Made by a program: the position numbers and the translations under genes. A stretch of DNA of 63,873 nt, the filler included, from Collodictyon triciliatum (lineage: Eukaryota): the NCBI GenBank assembly GCA_043381765.1. It is 8 parts of 8 records of this genome, joined end to end, with 100 filler letters (N's around TTAATTAATTAA, not from the genome) between each part and the next. Parts side by side here need not be neighbours in the genome. Positions count along the whole stretch, not along the records: positions 51,286 to 60,562 come from JBHJMP010003095.1; positions 60,663 to 63,873 come from JBHJMP010003141.1; 6 more parts are not named here. One strand, given 5' to 3'. Under the pieces are notes generated by a model. The model was not told the DNA's origin. It saw nothing but the letters and a program-made list of their open reading frames with translations, and searched no databases. Below are positions 58,434 to 63,873 of this stretch, piece after piece; position 1 is the stretch's first letter; every line of letters starts with the position of its first letter.

Positions 58434-60159
58434 ATGCAAACAACAAGCTGCTGTCCATGTGTAAAGTCATACTTCAGAGAATTGTGTAAGTTTATTTAAC
58501 AAAAGGTTCAAGAAATATTACAAGCTTGTGCATTTCTTAAATAAAAGTACATGAACACGAAATACATGAGAAGCTTACCTACAAACATACAAATAAAAGT
58601 TGAAAATAAATTATTTTTTTTTGATTGTAACAAACAGTGGCGCAAACGCTGCAACAAACTCTTCCTGAGAAGACCTTTAAGCCAACTCACCTTTCGAAGG
58701 TTTTTACCTGGAGCGGATTTTGTGTGCTCTTTTTTGTGTTATATTTACTGTTGGAATCTGACCGCAGAAAGGTACTTTCTCGTAAACATAGATATGATCT
58801 CAATGCCATGAATCATCTTTAGTCATATCCTTATATCATTTCTACGATAAGGTCAGGCTGTTCAAAGAGTATACCTCTCCAAAAAAAAATATAATAATTC
58901 TGTAAATAACATATAAAAACCTATGCCCGATAATACAACTCTAGATAAAGACGACCTCTGTGGAGTATAGCACCCCGCAGGATAAAGCTCTGTTGTTCAA
59001 ACTAGAGGATATGGAGCCACCAGTCTATGTGTACTACGAGCTGGATAATTACTATCAAAACCACAGACGCTACCTAAAATCCAGAAATGATGACCAACTT
59101 AAAGGGAGCATCGTAAAGAGTGAGAGCAGCCTTACTGACTGTGACCCATTAATTGTAGCTGATTCACAGAAATCCGGACCCTCCAAATTCTACAACCCGT
59201 GTGGTTTGGTTGCAGCGTCGTGGTTTGGAGGTTTCAATCTGTTTGTTAATATGACTGTTATTTATTTATTATTTGTTTATTTGTTTATTTGTTTATTTGT
59301 TTATTTATTTGTTTATTTGTTTATTTGTTTATTTGTTTATTTATTTATGTGAAGGCTGAACTTTCATTAATGCTTTGATTTTAATACATCGAAGAATTAC
59401 GAATGGTGGAGTGAATAATTGTTCCAAATGAAAGCGATTAACCAATCGCAAATTATAATAGATAAAAATATTACACTGAATCTGGGATCATCCGGAGATG
59501 ACAGTGCAAACATCACCATCAGAACAACTGATATTTCATGGAAAGCAGATCGTGAGGCACGATTTAAAAATCCCAGTAATTATGTGGGCGAGTTTCCGTC
59601 TATCCAAGGAAGAAATTTTACAGAATTTTCGTTTCAAGACGAATCATTTATGAACTGGATGAGGATTTCTGGACTTCCCCGGTTTAGAAAACTCTATGGT
59701 GTGATCGAGACAAAGATTCTCAGAGGCGAATACATGATGAACATCGATAGTGGTTGGTCTAATTAGTATCCCCTACACCTAACTCTTTGATACCCGTTGT
59801 TGCTCAATTGCTTATTAAAGTGTCCTTTTTTTTTTTTAATATATATATATATACATTCTCACTTTACCCACTGTCTATTTTGTCTTGAATCAGACTTAAT
59901 TATTCCAAATCACCGCTTCTTGCTATTAGTGATTGATGTGAAGAAATTTGACGGGAAAAAGTTTGTTGTCTTTTCCACTGTCGGGCGATACACTGGAGGT
60001 GGGAATAGGTCTCTGCTCACCTTTGTGGCCACATGCCTCGCCCTCAGCGCATTCGGTCTCTTCTTTACTATTATTCCCACTGTTCAAAAGTATTGCAGAT
60101 ACAAAGGCAGTAGAAAGCAATCCAGCTTGCTGCTTGTTGGAAACGAGGGCGACCCATAG
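58434..60159 (+). CDS. CDC50: CDC50/LEM3 family P4-ATPase beta subunit, multi-exon
   Basis: QQTLP + TM1, PPVYVYYELDNYYQNHRRYLKSRNDDQLKG, PCGLVAASWF, DESFMNWMRISGLPRFRKLYG, FDGKKFVVFST...GGGN + TM2. Confidence 0.93.
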
Positions 60160-60483
60160 CACCTCCAGTATAGTTATAATATATGAAGCTGTCCCTGCCC
60201 TCATTCGCTTCACATTCATATTCCTTTGCCCAGAGAGCATATCTTTCGGTAACAAAGATTCATGATAGTTCGAATAAAAGTCGCACGAAAGTCGCATCCC
60301 AATAGCGGGTTTCTGTCTATCAAGTTCTTTGCGGATTCTATCTGAGCCGACGTTCTCTTGCGAATGCGTCTGCCTCCACTTTTATTTTTATCTCTTCTCA
60401 ATTCGCCACATAGAACTGAATGATTACTTGGGGCTATGACATATTCGGGGCGAGTATATTCCCTGAAAACACTCACCAGATAA

Positions 60484-60485
<2 letters not shown>

Positions 60486-60562
<77 letters not shown>
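60486..60562. repeat. (GA)n microsatellite at contig end
   Basis: Direct inspection. Confidence 0.95.
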
Positions 60563-60662
60563 NNNNNNNNNNNNNNNNNNNNNNNNNNNNNNNNNNNNNN
60601 NNNNNNTTAATTAATTAANNNNNNNNNNNNNNNNNNNNNNNNNNNNNNNNNNNNNNNNNNNN
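60563..60662. other. Artificial contig linker
   Basis: 44N-TTAATTAATTAA-44N. Confidence 0.98.
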
Positions 60663-62670
60663 TTGTGTTTTTTGTGTGTTTTTTGTGTGTTTTTTGTGTG
60701 TTTNNNNNNNNNNNNNNNNNNNNNNNNNNNNNNTTTTTTGTGTGTTTTTTGTGTGTTTTTTTAGTTTTTTTTTAATTGTCCGACTATGTTGTATTTTGGT
60801 TTTAAAAAAAAAAAGGTTGAAGCAGATGAGAAAATGCAGGGCACAAAGTTCCTTCACAGAGAATCAGCCAGCGAGGGTGAAAGGGGAAAGTAGACCATCA
60901 AAACAATGCGAAAAAAAAAAACGAGGGGACACTATTAATCGAAAAACAGAAAGTGATTCCATCGCATCCCAACCATATTGGTTCTCTCAGTTTTCTTTAT
61001 GCCGCTGGCACCCTGAAGATGGCAAAAAGGAGGCTAGCAGTTGCTTCGGACTTCTAAGGATTGTCTTTCTTTTCCTTCATTCTTGCGGTTGTTTTGCTGA
61101 GGTTAGATTCATACAGCAATATCAGCATATCACTGTTGAGGAAGAGTTGACGTATGGAGGGGGAATACGAGTTTATATGCGAGGCAATCACGGTGTTGTG
61201 ACATCAGTCGGATTATAATTGCGAAGAGGTGAAGAATAGCCACAAGTTTGCATGTGAAGATACATGCACATCTGATCTGGTCATATCTTCCTTTTCCTTG
61301 ATAAGTGCGATGATAAATGCAGTCATGGTGGTTATATATTTTCGTAAGGTGTCATTTTTCTTCAAATTAATTTTGTCTTTTTTTTTCTGGATATAAACAG
61401 AATCATAATTACCTCATATTGGCAATGAAAGAAAAACGTGGTGGTATCTGCAAAGCACATCCACGATTATTCTGACAATCTGTTTGATTGTTTCGTGCAA
61501 TATAGGAGAACCTGGTCGGGAGAAGTACTATGAATACCTCTACGAAAGAAATTACTCGTAGTAGGGATATTTCCTTGCACTAGATTGCCACATAACAATC
61601 ATGGTTTGAACAGTCGAAATTGAAATCAAAAAAAATGATAATGCTTCTACAAAATAGAGACGCTTTTATGAGAGGGAATTACAACGTGTAAAGAAACGAA
61701 AAAAGAGCAGCGACCCTCATTNNNNNNNNNNNNNNNNNNNNNNNNNNNNNNNNNNNNNNNNNNNNNNNNNNNNNNNNNNNNNNNNNNNNNNNNNNNNNNN
61801 NNNNNNNNNNNNNNNNNNNNNNNNNNNNNNNNNNNNNNNNNNNNNNNNNNNNNNNNNNNNNNNNNNNNNNNNNNNNNNNNNNNNNNNNNNNNNNNNNNNN
61901 NNNNNNNNNNNNNNNNNNNNNNNNNNNNNNNNNNNNNNNNNNNNNNNNNNNNNNNNNNNNNNNNNNNNNNNNNNNNNNNNNNNNNNNNNNNNNNNNNNNN
62001 NNNNNNNNNNNNNNNNNNNNNNNNNNNNNNNNNNNNNNNNNNNNNNNNNNNNNNNNNNNNNNNNNNNNNNNNNNNNNNNNNNNNNNNNNNNNNNNNNNNN
62101 NNNNNNNNNNNNNNNNNNNNNNNNNNNNNNNNNNNNNNNNNNNNNNNNNNNTGTCTAGTTATGTTTTCGATTTTTGTCTAGAGAAGTTATGCGGTGTCTT
62201 CCATTGTAAATTGGGTAACATCGCGTTAAGTACCAAGCGCGCCCATCCAAAAAAAAAAAAAAAGAAGAAAAGTAAAATGGACTGATGGCTTTCGATATTT
62301 CTCTTTTATTCTATTCAAGGGGGTGTTTTTTGTATCACACCGTTGTCGATACAATACAAAAAAAAAAATTGCGGTTGCTTGTATCAAAAAATGCATCGTC
62401 AGATAACTTTTCCAATGAAAAAGGAGATGGAAAATATGCTATATAAAAAAAATTATCTGCTGTGGAAAGTAGAAGCCAGGCATAGCCCTACGATGTAATA
62501 TCCCAGCTGGCCAATATTTTTTGGGGTTGTGGGCTTCATTATCGCATTGTGCGTCAATCCTTCGGCGATGTGATTGTGATTTCATATAGTATGAATCTGG
62601 AGATGACGAAAAATTGTAATTCCACAGAGGCTTGCCGCCTAAATTACTTCCTCATCTCTTTAATTCTCTA

Positions 62671-62775
<105 letters not shown>

Positions 62776-63499
62776 CGCGTGAGTGTGAATATTTGGGCAT
62801 CGTTTCATACATCCAGGCACGATTCAACACAAAGCAAATAAATGGACGCATACACACAGCATGAAGCCACGGGGCAGGGCAACACCCGGCAAACGCGTCC
62901 TTAAAGTACAAGCCCACGACTCCTTTCTCGTCGTTTTTCTCTATTTTCTTTCCTCTCCCTCTCGCAGGATGACTCAGCATCGACTCCTTTCTTACCTGCG
63001 CGAACGAAGCAGCCCCCCAGTGGGACGCATGGGCCAAGCCTTGCCACAACCAGAAAGCCTGCCGCTCATTGCAGCCACACACGCGCCCGCCATGACGCAA
63101 ACTGAGCAGCGCACTATGGCACGGAGGCATCGTAAACGCACGGCGGCTCCTGCTTTTGACTTTGCATGTCGTGCTTAAACACACAGACACGCGGTGTAAT
63201 GCAGCGGGATTGCATGGTTGTTCTGGCACAGTGCCTCCCTTTCGCTCAGGGCGTCGGCTGACCCTGTCTGATATCGCACAAGCACAAGGGCGGCGGCATC
63301 ATCAGTCAGTCAGTCAGTCAGTCAAGGGCATAAGCTCGCTGCACCTTGAATAGAATAATGGGGAAAATAAGCGAGAATAGGGTGGGGGGAGGGCGACAAG
63401 AGGCAACGGAGAGTGAGGTGTCCCTTCCTCGCTTTTTCTTTCTTTCTTTCTTCTTCTTCTTGCATGGTCTGCGGGTTTATCTCCATTTGCAGTGAAGCC

Positions 63500-63873
63500 T
63501 TAGACTCTCACATAGAAGGCATTTGTAGACGAGCGGTTCGGGTTGATGGATTCGACATCCGGCATGCGTGAGTTGGATTCGAGCGGCTTCCATGTGTATT
63601 CCATGTAGAGGAACACAATGACCATGAATCCTACATTTGCGAGTGTTTTCACATGCAACGAGTTTAGAAAGAAAGAGAGAGGTAGAAAATGAACCACATA
63701 ATCTAGCATCATGGGCGAATGTATATATCCTGCGTATCTTCTTCTCATTTGTCGGCTGCAGCCACCAACTATGTTATGATTCATACGGACAAAAGCTGTG
63801 AAAGTACGCAACGCTTACCCAGAATCACGCCAAAGCCAATGTAGAAGGCATCGTTGACTTCCAGCACGTCGAG
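63500..63873 (-). CDS. Last two exons of an unidentified protein with a C-terminal transmembrane helix
   Basis: LDVLEVNDAFYIGFGVILG | GT-AG intron | FMVIVFLYMEYTWKPLESNSRMPDVESINPNRSSTNAFYVRV*; the gene continues beyond the window. Confidence 0.55.

Noticed and set aside
46277-60159. CDC50 near cyclase-like genes as an apicomplexan-style GC/CDC50/UGO module
   Set aside because: They are on different contigs, no P4-ATPase-fused cyclase is seen, and CDC50 is ubiquitous in eukaryotes.
60990-61720. Possible minus-strand exons in the last contig
   Set aside because: No consistent reading frame or recognisable domain; next to an N gap.

Overview
Eukaryotic, AT-rich, intron-dense genomic DNA read in the standard genetic code. 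Talin plus a vinculin-tail protein point to an Amorphea protist, probably an amoebozoan (inference). The window is not one locus. It is eight contigs (most about 9.3 kb) joined by a 100-nt artificial linker (44 N + TTAATTAATTAA + 44 N), so adjacency across linkers means nothing. Genes reconstructed by hand from splice sites: USP7/UBP12-type deubiquitinase; two related LRR/charged-helix genes, one ending in a pseudokinase; a dead non-LTR reverse transcriptase fragment; two multi-pass membrane nucleotidyl-cyclase-like genes whose cyclase domains lack catalytic residues; an HDAC/acetylpolyamine amidohydrolase; a membrane protein with a long KKDEG repeat tail; talin; an ankyrin-Tubby fusion; a bacterial-type Ig/cadherin-repeat protein; a vinculin-tail protein; CDC50/LEM3. 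Best candidates for something undescribed: (1) the modular LRR + exon-encoded cap + charged-helix rod + pseudokinase cluster; (2) an apparently expanded family of catalytically dead membrane cyclases; (3) a family of 25-30 bp retro-insertions with target-site duplications. All exon boundaries are manual predictions without transcript support.
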